Source of the DNA: Dehalococcoidia bacterium
GTDB taxonomy: Bacteria; Chloroflexota; Dehalococcoidia; SM23-28-2; WHTN01
DNA: 64,000 nucleotides
Direction: 5' to 3'
Assembly (NCBI GenBank): GCA_009377715.1
Contig: WHTN01000002.1
Location: 10,554-74,553 of the forward strand
Position 1 is the first letter of the stretch. Every line of letters starts with the position of its first letter. The notes beneath the pieces are model-generated. The model did not search any database. It saw nothing but the letters and a program-made list of their open reading frames with translations, and was not told the origin of the DNA. Below are positions 46,116-56,486 of this stretch, piece by piece. A program made the position numbers and the translations under genes.

Positions 46116-46892
46116 ATGTTGGACAGGATAACAGTCCTAGCGATCGATTCAAACCACGCCGACTTAGCAGAAACAGCCAAATGGATGGAAGATGCGGACT
46201 ATGAGACGATCGTTTGCGAAGAGATTACCAGCGCATTTCCATTGATTTACCAGCATCACCCTGATGTGATCGTTTGTTCTATAGAAATAGCCTCTCAGGA
46301 AGCCTGGAGGCAACTCCGATCGCTCGGAGAGCTTAACATTCCGGTGATTTTAGTAGCGACGCAAGCGAGAAGAAGCTCATTAGAGACAGCTTTCGAAATG
46401 CACTTAGCCGGCTATCTGATTAAGCCGCTCCAGCGACAGGAATTATTGGGACGAATCGATGCAACTTTGAATCGAACGTCCCGCACCGCGAGTTCACCTC
46501 TGATATTTCGCCACGAGAACCTGACGATCGATTGGAAACGGCTCGAAGTGCGGATCGATAGGGAGATGGTGCATCTGAGCCGGACAGAGTTTAAGCTTCT
46601 GTCACTTCTCGTACGGCGTCGCGGCTGGGTCCTCACCTTCGACGAGATCCTCACCCACGTGTGGGGCGACCAGTTCACGGCCGACAAAGAGTATGTGAAG
46701 CTGTACATCTGGTACCTTCGTCGCAAACTGGAAGTAGATTCAGCGCACCCTCGTTGGATACTGACCAAACGCGGTATCGGCTACACCTTCGCCGACGAAT
46801 ACACTGCCCTACCGGAAGACCACCCTGCCTCCACAAGGACCGCGAACAGCAAGAAATCATCGCTAAAACTAAATACCCCAAGCGAAAGGTAA
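46116..46892 (+). CDS. OmpR-family winged-helix regulator with atypical receiver domain lacking the phospho-acceptor Asp
   Basis: C-terminal trans_reg_C (LSRTEFKLLSLLVRRRGWVLTFDEILTHVWG...GIGYTF). In the receiver, Ser replaces the expected Asp (PDVIVCSIEI) and only one acidic-pocket Asp is present. Confidence 0.75.
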   Translation: MLDRITVLAIDSNHADLAETAKWMEDADYETIVCEEITSAFPLIYQHHPDVIVCSIEIASQEAWRQLRSLGELNIPVILVATQARRSSLETAFEMHLAGYLIKPLQRQELLGRIDATLNRTSRTASSPLIFRHENLTIDWKRLEVRIDREMVHLSRTEFKLLSLLVRRRGWVLTFDEILTHVWGDQFTADKEYVKLYIWYLRRKLEVDSAHPRWILTKRGIGYTFADEYTALPEDHPASTRTANSKKSSLKLNTPSER

Positions 46893-46899
46893 CCTTGAC

Positions 46900-47967
46900 T
46901 TGAAAAGAATATTGGTCACTGGCGCCGGCGGCGCGCCAGCCCTAAACTTCATTAAATCGCTCCGGTTGGCTCCAGAGCCATTTCACCTCATCGGCACGGA
47001 TTCGAACACTTACTCACTAGCGCGGGCTCAAACCGATGAGCGCCACCTCGTACCTCGAGCCAATGACCAGCAGTACATCGCGGTGCTAAAGCAGATCATC
47101 GAGCAAGAGCGGGCAGAGATGGTCTTCGCTCAGCCCGATCCGGAGATAACGGTCTTGTCGGAAAAAAGAGAGGAGCTAGGAGTCCGAACCTACCTCCCAT
47201 CCAAAGAGGTCGTGCGGGCATGCCAGGATAAATACGAAACTTATCGCCTGTGGACTGAGGCAGGACTGCGTGTGCCTGACACGCTATTCGTGAACAACAT
47301 CGACGATCTTCGCGAAGCGTTCGATACGTTTGGCGACCCATGGTTGAGGCCGGTTATAGGGGCAGCGGGACGCGGCGCCTTGCACACGGACAAGCTAGAC
47401 CACGCGAGGCTTTGGCTCGAAGTCAACGAGGGCTGGGGCTTCTACACTGCGGCCCGCTACTTATCCCCCGATTCGGTAACCTGGCAGTCCATCTGGAGTC
47501 ACGGCGAACTCGTCGTCGCGCAGAGCAGACGCCGGCTGTACTGGGAATTTGCAGACCGCGCCCCTTCGGGCGTCACCGGCATTACGGGCGCGGCTATAAC
47601 CGTCGCCGATCCAGAGCTGGACGATATCGCCTTGCGCGCGGTACATGCCGTCGATAGCGAGCCGCACGGCATCTTTTCGGTCGATCTAACGTACGATGAT
47701 GATGGTGTTCCTAACCCGACCGAAATAAACATCGGCCGATTCTTCACGACCCACCTTTTCTTCAGCATGGCGGGCCTCAATATGCCCTACATACTTGTAA
47801 AGCTCGCCTACGGAGAAGAACCACCCGAAGTGCCGGCTAAGATCAACCCCCTGCCTTGCAACCTCGCCTGGATACGGGGAATGGATGCAGAGCCGGTGCT
47901 CACCACAGTTGATGCTTTAGCTAAATTCGACCGTGAATTGGGAGCACGAATCGTGGCCAGGATATAG
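46900..47967 (+). CDS. ATP-grasp domain protein (carboxylate-amine ligase-like)
   Basis: N-terminal Rossmann-like GAGGAPAL followed by an ATP-grasp core. 355 aa. Starts 8 nt after the regulator gene. Confidence 0.7.
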   Translation: MKRILVTGAGGAPALNFIKSLRLAPEPFHLIGTDSNTYSLARAQTDERHLVPRANDQQYIAVLKQIIEQERAEMVFAQPDPEITVLSEKREELGVRTYLPSKEVVRACQDKYETYRLWTEAGLRVPDTLFVNNIDDLREAFDTFGDPWLRPVIGAAGRGALHTDKLDHARLWLEVNEGWGFYTAARYLSPDSVTWQSIWSHGELVVAQSRRRLYWEFADRAPSGVTGITGAAITVADPELDDIALRAVHAVDSEPHGIFSVDLTYDDDGVPNPTEINIGRFFTTHLFFSMAGLNMPYILVKLAYGEEPPEVPAKINPLPCNLAWIRGMDAEPVLTTVDALAKFDRELGARIVARI

Positions 47968-47979
47968 GTCCGCAGTCGA

Positions 47980-49989
47980 ATGTCAGAACAGAGACCGACG
48001 ATCTACTTCGATCTCGACGGCACCATCCTGGATGTAAAGCGACGGTACTATGCCGTCTACTCGGTAATCGTATCCGATCTTGGTCTGACCCCACTGGCGT
48101 TAGAGGATTTTTGGGACAGGCGTAGACGGGGTGAACCGGCGGACCAAACGATCGCAAACGTTGGCGAAACCGTTCGTAGCAAGTTCCGGCAGCGATGGCT
48201 AGAAAGCATCGAAACGCACCCCTACATAAGTATGGATGAACTGCTGCCACGTGCCGCTGAAACTTTGACTGACCTTTCCAAACGCTTCTGTTTAGTGCTC
48301 GTTACGCTCAGACGAGAACGAGAGCTTCTCATAGAACAGCTTAGCACTCTAAAAATAGAGCACTTCTTCGACACCATAATAAGCCCACCTGACAAGAGGT
48401 CCATCTCGAGCAAAGCCACCTTGATCTCGCAGAAAGTGCGACCGGGCTCTTATCCTGCACTGGTAATCGGCGACTCCGAAGCCGACGTTTCTGCGGCGAA
48501 AAAGCTCGGCATCCGCTCAGTATGTGTCACGAGTGGCATACGCGAACGGGCTTTCCTTGAAGCTCTTGACCCTGACTTTATCATCGGATCTATCGCCGAA
48601 ATTCCGCCTCTGCTTCAACGAGCGGATTTCATAAGTCCTATCCAATGCTACAAGTCATACCCAGCACTTGCCACATCGGAACCTAAAGGAGAACAGATGA
48701 ACGTTCTTACCTATCTTATGGAATCGAGAGGCATCGGCAATGCCGCCCGTCGTCTACCGACGATCGCTTGGCGCTTCGGCGTCTCCACGAGCAAAATGGA
48801 GAAGGCGCTGCAGACCTACATACAGATCGCTCAGGCGCATAACTGCCGCCCGACCCTAGCAGTCACGTCCGTATTGCTCGAACGTTACCCAAAGGTGTTC
48901 CAATGGCTAAACGAACAGGTGGAACTGGGTGTCCACGGCTACGTACACACCGATTACAGCCTACTCGACGAGAAGGCCCAGGGCGAGCACATGGAGCGTT
49001 CTTTACAAGCGTTTTTGGCCTTGGGAATACAACCGAAGGGCTTTCGCTGTCCTTATTTACGCTGGAATGAAGATTCCATCAGCGTTGCCAGCAAGTACGG
49101 ACTTACCTATGGTAGCAACCGGTCAGTGGTTTGGGACGTAGTACGGCCTGAGAAGACCGATGCGTCTGCGTGGGAGGCTTATCGTAAAGGCCTTCGTCTC
49201 TATGGAACAGATGAAGTGGCCGATTATATGAGTCTACCGTCGCGTATCAACGGTTCCTTGCTCGATTTACCAGCATCCATGCCGGACGACGAAGCGATGA
49301 TCGACCGTCTGGGCCTGCCTGTCGAGAAGAGGGTAGAAACGTGGCTGGCTTCTTTTCAAGAGGCTTACAAACGCGGCGAAATGCTGGTAACGATCCTTCA
49401 CCACGAGCGCGTCCCTTACTGCGCCGAAGCCCTCGAGGCAGTTCTTCAGGCGAGTCGTCAGCAGCAGCTTCCGGTCTTCGTAGCCTCGATGGGCGAGATC
49501 GCTGACTGGTGGAACCGTCGCTCTTCCTTCAAGCTCAATGTTGAGCGCCTCACCGAAGCCTCCTATCGTGTCCTGGCGCCTGATGATGGAGATGCTACGA
49601 TACTTGTAAGCGGCGTCCAAACCGATCCGCCAAGCCAGCCCTGGGACGACCGATATAGGGTCGCCCCACCGGGAAATTTCACTATCCCGACCAAACAAGC
49701 GCCGGTTATCTCGCTCGATGAGGACAGCCCGGTTGGTCTGAAGGCGTTCTTACAGGAAGAAGGTTTCGTAATCTGGGATGGCTTGCAGTCGGGCGGTTAT
49801 CGCCTGACCGGCATCGAAACTTTTTCGGAAAAGGACAAGCGCAAAGTATTGAACACTATCGAAACGAGCGGCGCACCACTAGTGAGACTTTGGCGCTGGC
49901 CGAGGCTGGCCAGGTCTGCGCTATCGATAACGGGGGATATCGATGCGATGACCTTTGTAGACTTCCTGCGGCGGCCCTTCGAAGTTTAG
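47980..49989 (+). CDS. Multidomain protein: N-terminal HAD-like hydrolase fused to a polysaccharide deacetylase (NodB/CE4-like) domain and C-terminal domain of unknown function
   Basis: HAD motif I IYFDLDGT, motif region VIGDSEADV. The NodB-like segment has the HGYVHTD His motif. 669 aa. Confidence 0.65.
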   Translation: MSEQRPTIYFDLDGTILDVKRRYYAVYSVIVSDLGLTPLALEDFWDRRRRGEPADQTIANVGETVRSKFRQRWLESIETHPYISMDELLPRAAETLTDLSKRFCLVLVTLRRERELLIEQLSTLKIEHFFDTIISPPDKRSISSKATLISQKVRPGSYPALVIGDSEADVSAAKKLGIRSVCVTSGIRERAFLEALDPDFIIGSIAEIPPLLQRADFISPIQCYKSYPALATSEPKGEQMNVLTYLMESRGIGNAARRLPTIAWRFGVSTSKMEKALQTYIQIAQAHNCRPTLAVTSVLLERYPKVFQWLNEQVELGVHGYVHTDYSLLDEKAQGEHMERSLQAFLALGIQPKGFRCPYLRWNEDSISVASKYGLTYGSNRSVVWDVVRPEKTDASAWEAYRKGLRLYGTDEVADYMSLPSRINGSLLDLPASMPDDEAMIDRLGLPVEKRVETWLASFQEAYKRGEMLVTILHHERVPYCAEALEAVLQASRQQQLPVFVASMGEIADWWNRRSSFKLNVERLTEASYRVLAPDDGDATILVSGVQTDPPSQPWDDRYRVAPPGNFTIPTKQAPVISLDEDSPVGLKAFLQEEGFVIWDGLQSGGYRLTGIETFSEKDKRKVLNTIETSGAPLVRLWRWPRLARSALSITGDIDAMTFVDFLRRPFEV

Positions 49990-50027
49990 ACAATGCGCTG
50001 TGGCAACAGGAACCGTGGTAGCTTGCT

Positions 50028-51269
50028 CTAGCGTCGCTCAACTATAGACGAACACTCTGCGTTCTGGCGTCCCTTACTCTCGTGGCCGGTCGCTTTCTGA
50101 AAACTTTGCAAATTCGAAAACCGAGAGTCGGCGAGCTTAACAAATCGCCCAGCATCGTCAGTTGTCCAGAAACAGTTCTCGTCGAATAGCGACCCTGCAG
50201 GCAGAGGATCGACTGTTGCAAGGACGTAGCCTGAAATCTCTATTATGTTCCCTCGAGCGATCAGCTTCGGTAGCCCTTCTTCTCCTTGCTTGATCCCATC
50301 GCCATCGCTGATCACCGTGTTACTGGTTAAATATGCGATCGCCTGGTCATCTCCTCTACCGAGTTTGAAGGCTGTTGCATCGCCATAGAACCCCGGCTCA
50401 AGGTCCAAAATCTTATTGTTCTCTATGTACAACGGCCCCTTTAGGTTTGGCGCTAAGGCAATGCCGATCGCGCAACCCGTGATCCGGTTGTAACGCACTC
50501 GCACTTCGGCGTTGCCGCCCTCCACCTGCACACCGTCATCCCAGCAGTCGCTTATTATATTGCCTTCAATTATGGTGTCCTTATCGAACGACCCGTGCAG
50601 ATCGCCTTCTGTCTCACCTCCGATACCATCAAACCCGCCAATAATAGTGTTATCGGCGATGTAGTGTTCCCCACCACTAGGGTCGGTGTTGTCGCTTTTG
50701 AACCAGATACCATTGCCGAAGCCGTATGGCGATCCGGGAAGTTCGACCCGCCTGGTGATCTCGCTGTTCGTGATCGTCACGCCAGGGCCAGAGTACCGGA
50801 CAGCGATGCCAGCCAGCGATTGATTTTGGGCTTCTTCACAGTTATAGTCCTGTATCCGCATTCGGTCCAGAGTTACATTCGCTGCGCCGCTGCCTATATG
50901 CACACCAGCCTCGATCGATTTCTTAACCGTTATGCCTTCGACAACAACATCTGACGAAGTAATGGCGATCCCGTTAGTTCGCTGGCATTCACCGTCGATT
51001 ACAACAACGTCGTCAGCATCAGGTCTAAGAGTTAGCGGTTTATCGAGTTCTAACTGTTCCCTGTAAACACCTGCGCTTACGACGATGATGTCCCCATCGT
51101 CGGCTGACTGCACGGCTTGGCTGATCGTTTTATAACGCTCGCCTTCCGTCGCTACTTTAAGGATGTGCGATGTACTTTCGCCACAATAAAGCCCTATCAA
51201 AAGAGCAATAACGGCCGGTATGGGTAAAGCCCAGAGGATCGCTCTCTTGGAGACGTAGAAACGCGTCAA
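50028..51269 (-). CDS. Right-handed parallel beta-helix repeat protein (pectate-lyase/NosD-like fold), N-terminal membrane anchor
   Basis: N-terminal TM, then repeated GxIxxxNNxI-type beta-helix turns (NTIIGG, GNIISD, NNKILD). Confidence 0.65.
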   Translation of the reverse strand: MTRFYVSKRAILWALPIPAVIALLIGLYCGESTSHILKVATEGERYKTISQAVQSADDGDIIVVSAGVYREQLELDKPLTLRPDADDVVVIDGECQRTNGIAITSSDVVVEGITVKKSIEAGVHIGSGAANVTLDRMRIQDYNCEEAQNQSLAGIAVRYSGPGVTITNSEITRRVELPGSPYGFGNGIWFKSDNTDPSGGEHYIADNTIIGGFDGIGGETEGDLHGSFDKDTIIEGNIISDCWDDGVQVEGGNAEVRVRYNRITGCAIGIALAPNLKGPLYIENNKILDLEPGFYGDATAFKLGRGDDQAIAYLTSNTVISDGDGIKQGEEGLPKLIARGNIIEISGYVLATVDPLPAGSLFDENCFWTTDDAGRFVKLADSRFSNLQSFQKATGHESKGRQNAECSSIVERR

Positions 51270-51276
51270 ACTTGGC

Positions 51277-52050
51277 CTACGATTCTTCCTTAAACACGAA
51301 CCTCATTATGATCCACGGGCTGAGCGAAGGCAGACGTCTCAACTGGAGTAACGCTTCCAGTATCGCCAGCGGTCGTAAGAGAAGGCTGTTTGACGCGCGG
51401 TTAAAAGGCAGCCAGTTATAGCCAAGCGCATCCCTAAGCTCTAGACCCACACGACGGAACATGTCGGAGAATTCACCGAGTGAATGGACGTAGTAGACGT
51501 CGCCGGTCGCGTAGCGGTAGCGACCGGGCCGGAGCTTCGCCCAAAGGCCCTTCCACGAAAGCCGGTTCTGCAGCGTTACGATGAGCATCCCGCCGGGCCT
51601 AAGGACACGCCCGCACTCCTCGCGAAACCACTCTTGTTCCGGCAGGAATACGGCTTCGATGCAGAGTATGCAGTCGGTGGAATTTGAGTCGACCGGAAGG
51701 GTGGTAGTTTCAGGTGTAACGCGGACCGCCTGCACATTCGGGGCTACCCGAGCAAGCGCTGCCACCAGGTCGTCCTCAATCTCCATCGCTACGACCTGTG
51801 TCGCGTAGGTAGCGACGATGCGGGTATGCCGACCCGTACCCGCTCCAGCGTCTAAAGCCAGCTCGATAGGATTTGGGTATCCGTTCAGGCTTTCAACAAT
51901 GAACTTCTTTTCGTTGGCGGTAAGATATCTACCCATCGAGGTCTGACTGTCCACGAAATCCCAATAATTTTCGCCGTCAGTGGGACTTCCAGGGTGGCTA
52001 TTCGCGCTTGTTCCTGTCGTCTGTGTTTTCGATAGCAGTGACCTTTTCAT
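51277..52050 (-). CDS. Class I SAM-dependent methyltransferase
   Basis: Motif I LDAGAGTGR. 257 aa. Confidence 0.8.
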   Translation of the reverse strand: MKRSLLSKTQTTGTSANSHPGSPTDGENYWDFVDSQTSMGRYLTANEKKFIVESLNGYPNPIELALDAGAGTGRHTRIVATYATQVVAMEIEDDLVAALARVAPNVQAVRVTPETTTLPVDSNSTDCILCIEAVFLPEQEWFREECGRVLRPGGMLIVTLQNRLSWKGLWAKLRPGRYRYATGDVYYVHSLGEFSDMFRRVGLELRDALGYNWLPFNRASNSLLLRPLAILEALLQLRRLPSLSPWIIMRFVFKEES

Positions 52051-52068
52051 GTGAGCCTCCTTATTAAG

Positions 52069-53166
52069 TTATGCCAAACGCTTATACAGTAGACCGCCGG
52101 CAGTCTGCAGAGCCCAAAGCGGAGCGAATCTCACTGCCAGGGCCATAAGACGCCTCCGCATCTTCGCTTCGCCAGCCAGCGGCACGCCACTCTGCACCGA
52201 TGGGTAATAGTAATAGTTGAGCGCAAGCTCCTCTCCGCCCCACAACTGCTTGAAGCGACGCAGTCCCTCATGCTCCGGCTCGCAGCGGCCGAGGTCGAAA
52301 CTACGGTAGCCATTAGAAACGCCGAGTTCGACCGCTGCCCACTTCAGCAGATGGTTAGGCCGAAGCGAGAGGTATCGCGGGTTGGAAGCGCTTGTTTTTT
52401 CGATAAGCCGGCCGTTAAAACCGAGCACAAGCTCCCCGGCGATCGGCTTCCCTTTATAGTCGGCCATAAGGAGATAGGCCTGTCCGGCCTTCATCATATG
52501 CTCATGGATATGCTCGAAGAAGCGCCGCGGTTGCGGTATCAGGCCCAGCTTCTTACGAGTTTTAACGTTGAGGTGATAAAAACGCCGCATATCCTCCAAA
52601 GTTACAGCCTGCCGCACTTGCACGCCTTCTTTGGCCGCTTTTGTGACAGCCCGCCGAGCAGAAAGATGGACGCGTTTATAAATTTCTTCGAGACCACCTT
52701 CGAGATCGATCACGTGATGATAAAGAGGCGACCCCTTGCTGAAGCCCAAGCGTTCGGCATTCGAGTTGTCGTCGCCTCGTAGTTCTACATTCTTTACGCC
52801 TGCATCCGCCAGTTCTCGAACAGCCATAAGTAAGCCATCTAACATTTCATTATCAGTAAAGATGGGCGGACAAAGATCGCTGAACGGCAAGCCAACCATC
52901 CGGCCGCCACCGACCTCTGTTAGGGGCACGCCGGCCAAGATCCTATCGTCCTCGTCACGCAAAACCAGATATCTTGGTTTGAAACCATAGGTATCGTGGA
53001 GCACTTTAGCCCAAGAAGTAGCATGAAACGCCGTGGACTCGGGGTGAAGAGCGACGAACTCCTCCCACGCCGAGTCGGTAAGCGGATCCAGAGAGCTCAC
53101 CCTGAAGCCGTTTGCGGCAGATCCAATGAATGGGCTAGCTGATGAGGTCGTTGTGGGCTTGGACAT
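52069..53166 (-). CDS. FemAB-like/GNAT-fold acyltransferase (BioF2-like acetyltransferase domain; resembles exosortase-associated FemAB-family proteins)
   Basis: 365 aa with the FemABX-like two-lobed architecture (HATSWAKV...FKQLWGGE). Confidence 0.6.
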   Translation of the reverse strand: MSKPTTTSSASPFIGSAANGFRVSSLDPLTDSAWEEFVALHPESTAFHATSWAKVLHDTYGFKPRYLVLRDEDDRILAGVPLTEVGGGRMVGLPFSDLCPPIFTDNEMLDGLLMAVRELADAGVKNVELRGDDNSNAERLGFSKGSPLYHHVIDLEGGLEEIYKRVHLSARRAVTKAAKEGVQVRQAVTLEDMRRFYHLNVKTRKKLGLIPQPRRFFEHIHEHMMKAGQAYLLMADYKGKPIAGELVLGFNGRLIEKTSASNPRYLSLRPNHLLKWAAVELGVSNGYRSFDLGRCEPEHEGLRRFKQLWGGEELALNYYYYPSVQSGVPLAGEAKMRRRLMALAVRFAPLWALQTAGGLLYKRLA

Positions 53167-54298
53167 AGGCGCGTTTCGTAACCTCCCACCGGTAGTTTTG
53201 ATACGTCTGTGCGGCGTTTCGAGTTAAACAGCGTATCCTTTCGGGCGCGTGATAAAGTTCCAGGATCTTATCCGCAAGGGCACGCTCATCGTCGGGCGGA
53301 ATGTAGGCTATGGCGCTGCTAGGAAACACCGCCTGGACAGCCGGGCTGGTAGACGCGACTACGGGCTTGTTCATCGCCACGTACTCGAAAAGCTTATTCG
53401 GTAGAAGCCAGCCTGCCGATGCTGGCACAACGCCGAGGTCGGCGCTGGCGATGTAATCTGGCACTTTTTCGAGTGGCACCCAACCGTAGAACTTTACCTC
53501 CTCCTGCACTCCGCATTCAGCGGCTAGCGTCATAAGCTCGGGCTTATGCTCCCCTTCACCGATTATCCACACCTCTAGACCTGGTAATAATTCGTCTTTA
53601 AGATGCTTCGTGGCGCGTATGAGCGCATCGATCCCGTATCTCCTTAGGATGCTGCCATGCGTCATCACTCGAAAAGCCGGGGAGTGGCTTCGATCGCAAT
53701 TTGCTACCGGCGGGTGGAATAACGCTTCGTCCGGTACGTTGAGGCATACCACGAGCTCTGCCCGGGGCGAACTTCGCATTCGGACGACCTCGCCCTGGTG
53801 CAGGCTCACAACAACTACGCTGTCGGCAAAACGGACGCTACGCCTCTCCAGCCAGCGTAAAACGCGTATAAGCGGGTGTGAACCGGTGAGGCCGTATTCG
53901 TAGGCCACCTGTTCCGGCATCATTTCGAAAAGGTATAAGATGACTTTTGAACCCCGAAGCTTAGCCGGCAGCGCCGCGAAGACTAGAAAGTCCGGTATGT
54001 TATAGACTTCGATCACGTCGTACCGTCGCCGTAGACTGCGGTAGGCTACCATAACGGAAGCCATAACAAAGAACGCGAGATACTCGAACAGGTAGCGGAG
54101 CTTATTGCCTCGCTTATGCGATATCGGTAAGCGATGTATCGTACCGCCGGCATACGACTCTTTCGCCCTAGCGCCGTCCTCTCGCTGGCAGACCACGTCA
54201 ACTACATAACCGGCCTCGACCAACGCATCGACGTTCTTCTTAACGTGCGCGTCGGCTGGAAAGTAGCTTTGCCTTACCATGCATACTCTGCCAGACAT
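53135..54298 (-). CDS. Glycosyltransferase family 4 (GT-B, group 1)
   Basis: N-terminal MVRQSYFP and a C-terminal GT1 EX7E-like region. Confidence 0.85.
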   Translation of the reverse strand: MSGRVCMVRQSYFPADAHVKKNVDALVEAGYVVDVVCQREDGARAKESYAGGTIHRLPISHKRGNKLRYLFEYLAFFVMASVMVAYRSLRRRYDVIEVYNIPDFLVFAALPAKLRGSKVILYLFEMMPEQVAYEYGLTGSHPLIRVLRWLERRSVRFADSVVVVSLHQGEVVRMRSSPRAELVVCLNVPDEALFHPPVANCDRSHSPAFRVMTHGSILRRYGIDALIRATKHLKDELLPGLEVWIIGEGEHKPELMTLAAECGVQEEVKFYGWVPLEKVPDYIASADLGVVPASAGWLLPNKLFEYVAMNKPVVASTSPAVQAVFPSSAIAYIPPDDERALADKILELYHAPERIRCLTRNAAQTYQNYRWEVTKRAYVQAHNDLIS

Positions 54299-54301
54299 TT
54301 T

Positions 54302-55291
54302 TCAGCTTCCGTTGCCTTTGCTGCCGACCGTAATCCCCACGGACCGTTTGCGATTTGTGGCTAAGGTCTGCTCGTAGACTTCGGCTATGCGACGGCCGAT
54401 GTCGTTCAGGTCCATTGCCGCAACAGCCTGCCGACCGTTCGTGCGGCGGCCACCCCGGGCGAGGGCGCGTGCCAGCTTGGCAGCAATGTCAACCGGCTCC
54501 TGGCTGCATATGTAACAGCCTTCCGTGCTGCCTATGACTTCCGGCACGTCACCCACCGGCGTTGAAACGACCGGTGCGTTGCACGCCATCGCCTCTTTTA
54601 TCACCATTGGGGAGCCTTCAGCATCCGACGTAAGCACAAGCACGTCAACCGCGTTCATGTACTTCGGCACGAGCGAATGCGGCTTGCCCGAAAGCCGCAC
54701 CAATTCAACATCACTTCGATCCCTCCGTAGTACCTCCATGGCTTGCTCCACGAGTTCAAAGCGCTTTTCGGGCCGCGTGTGTTCACCGGCCCATAACACC
54801 AACTTCTTGTCTAGAGGCAGGCCGAGCTCATACCGGCATACCGCTTGGGGCATGGGCTGGAACTTTTGCATGTCGACTCCGCAGGGGACGACATGCGCGT
54901 AATCGACGCCGAGACGGCGCTGCATCTCCGGCGATACCACGATTACTGAATCGAAGAATCGGGTGAAGGCGCGGCACAGAAATTTCTCCCAGCTCATAAA
55001 CACCTCCGGCCCGTGGTGGGTAAGGATCACAGGACAGGCCACCTGAGCTAGTGCTATGAGGCCGGAGAAAATGTAGTGAGCGTGAATGACATCATAGTTT
55101 GTTTCGCGCAGCTGCTTGTATAGCCGGGCGAAGCCGGCGAGGTAGTTCAGCTTACTCGCCCTGCCGTCGACGAAAAGGACATCGACTTCTACGCCGATGT
55201 TCCGAAGCGAGCGCACTTGGTCTTCGACGAAGATGCCGAAATGCGGCCTATCCTCGGTGGGATACATGTTTGTCACTACCAATACTTTCAT
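54302..55291 (-). CDS. Glycosyltransferase family 4
   Basis: MKVLVVTNMYP N-terminus and GT-B C-terminal domain. Confidence 0.85.
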   Translation of the reverse strand: MKVLVVTNMYPTEDRPHFGIFVEDQVRSLRNIGVEVDVLFVDGRASKLNYLAGFARLYKQLRETNYDVIHAHYIFSGLIALAQVACPVILTHHGPEVFMSWEKFLCRAFTRFFDSVIVVSPEMQRRLGVDYAHVVPCGVDMQKFQPMPQAVCRYELGLPLDKKLVLWAGEHTRPEKRFELVEQAMEVLRRDRSDVELVRLSGKPHSLVPKYMNAVDVLVLTSDAEGSPMVIKEAMACNAPVVSTPVGDVPEVIGSTEGCYICSQEPVDIAAKLARALARGGRRTNGRQAVAAMDLNDIGRRIAEVYEQTLATNRKRSVGITVGSKGNGS

Positions 55292-55310
55292 CTTTGTTCC
55301 TTATGATTGA

Positions 55311-56486
55311 TTAGGGCCGGAGCGCTTCCGCTTCTTGCTTTTGGCCTATGTTTAGAGACCATAGCTGCGTGTACAAGTCTTCGTATTCCTGCACCATGCG
55401 TGCTACACTGAACCGAGAGTCGAATTTCTGGCGTGCGTCCTCTCCCATAGCTTCGCGAAGCGGACTATCCAGCAGTAGACGCACGATCCTGTCTGCCAGC
55501 ATCGGCGGCGACTTGATCGGGACGAGAAAGCCGTTCTCGCCATCGGCGACGACTTCACGATTGCCGCCGATATCTGTCGCCACCGATGGTTTACGGAGGG
55601 CCATCGCCTCCAGCAAGAAATTCGAGCATCCTTCGAAGTCGTAGGACGAGAGAACGGCGATGTCACAACAATCTATGTAAGGGCCCACTTCTAGCTGGTA
55701 GCCAACGAAACGAACGTAGTCAGCTATACCCAGCCGATCAGCGAATACCTCCAACTCCGAGTGCAGTGGTCCATCGCCCACGATCAGGAAGTAACTATTA
55801 TCCACCGAAGTACGGACTTCGGCCGCAGCGCGCAGGAAAGTCGCGTGATCTTTGTGCTCTTCTAATCGCGCAGCTATCCCGGCAACGAGCGCTTCCTGCG
55901 GAATGTTTAGCCGGTTGCGAAGCTCTGCGCGCGCCACGCTGCTCACAGCGGTTCGCGCCGGGCTAAGGCCGTTATAAATAACCTTCGTCCTCTCGGGACG
56001 TACGCCTTGAGCTATGACGGTAGCCCTTCCGGCTTCGCTATTGGGCACCACAACGTCTGCTCTACGGAGCAGCCAGTCCTCGGCGGTGCGGTAGATGCTG
56101 TATCGGATCCGATTATGCTGCACTCGCGTCCCATTCCGCTCGGAACCAACCTTGACGGGCGTTCCTGCCAGCATCCCGGCAAGCAGACCGAAAAAGGTCG
56201 AAGGCGTAATGAAGGGATGGATAACATCGAACCGTTCGCTCTTCAGCAAACGCACAAGCTTCGTCAACGTACTGAAGTCGAACTTGCCGTGTCGATCGAG
56301 AGACAGCAATCTGACGTGAGAAGACCGGGCCAGTTCGTCTTCCATCTCGTAGCCGCCATAAAGAGTGGCTACCGTCGTATCGAAGCGATCGGGGTCTAGC
56401 CCCCGCGCCAGTTCGATGACCTGACGTTGCGCTCCGCCGATCCCTAAATTCGTTACCAGAATCAAGACTCTTATGCGGCTGCCCAT
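55311..56486 (-). CDS. Glycosyltransferase family 4
   Basis: VLILVTNLGIGGAQR N-terminus and GT1 C-domain. Confidence 0.85.
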   Translation of the reverse strand: MGSRIRVLILVTNLGIGGAQRQVIELARGLDPDRFDTTVATLYGGYEMEDELARSSHVRLLSLDRHGKFDFSTLTKLVRLLKSERFDVIHPFITPSTFFGLLAGMLAGTPVKVGSERNGTRVQHNRIRYSIYRTAEDWLLRRADVVVPNSEAGRATVIAQGVRPERTKVIYNGLSPARTAVSSVARAELRNRLNIPQEALVAGIAARLEEHKDHATFLRAAAEVRTSVDNSYFLIVGDGPLHSELEVFADRLGIADYVRFVGYQLEVGPYIDCCDIAVLSSYDFEGCSNFLLEAMALRKPSVATDIGGNREVVADGENGFLVPIKSPPMLADRIVRLLLDSPLREAMGEDARQKFDSRFSVARMVQEYEDLYTQLWSLNIGQKQEAEALRP

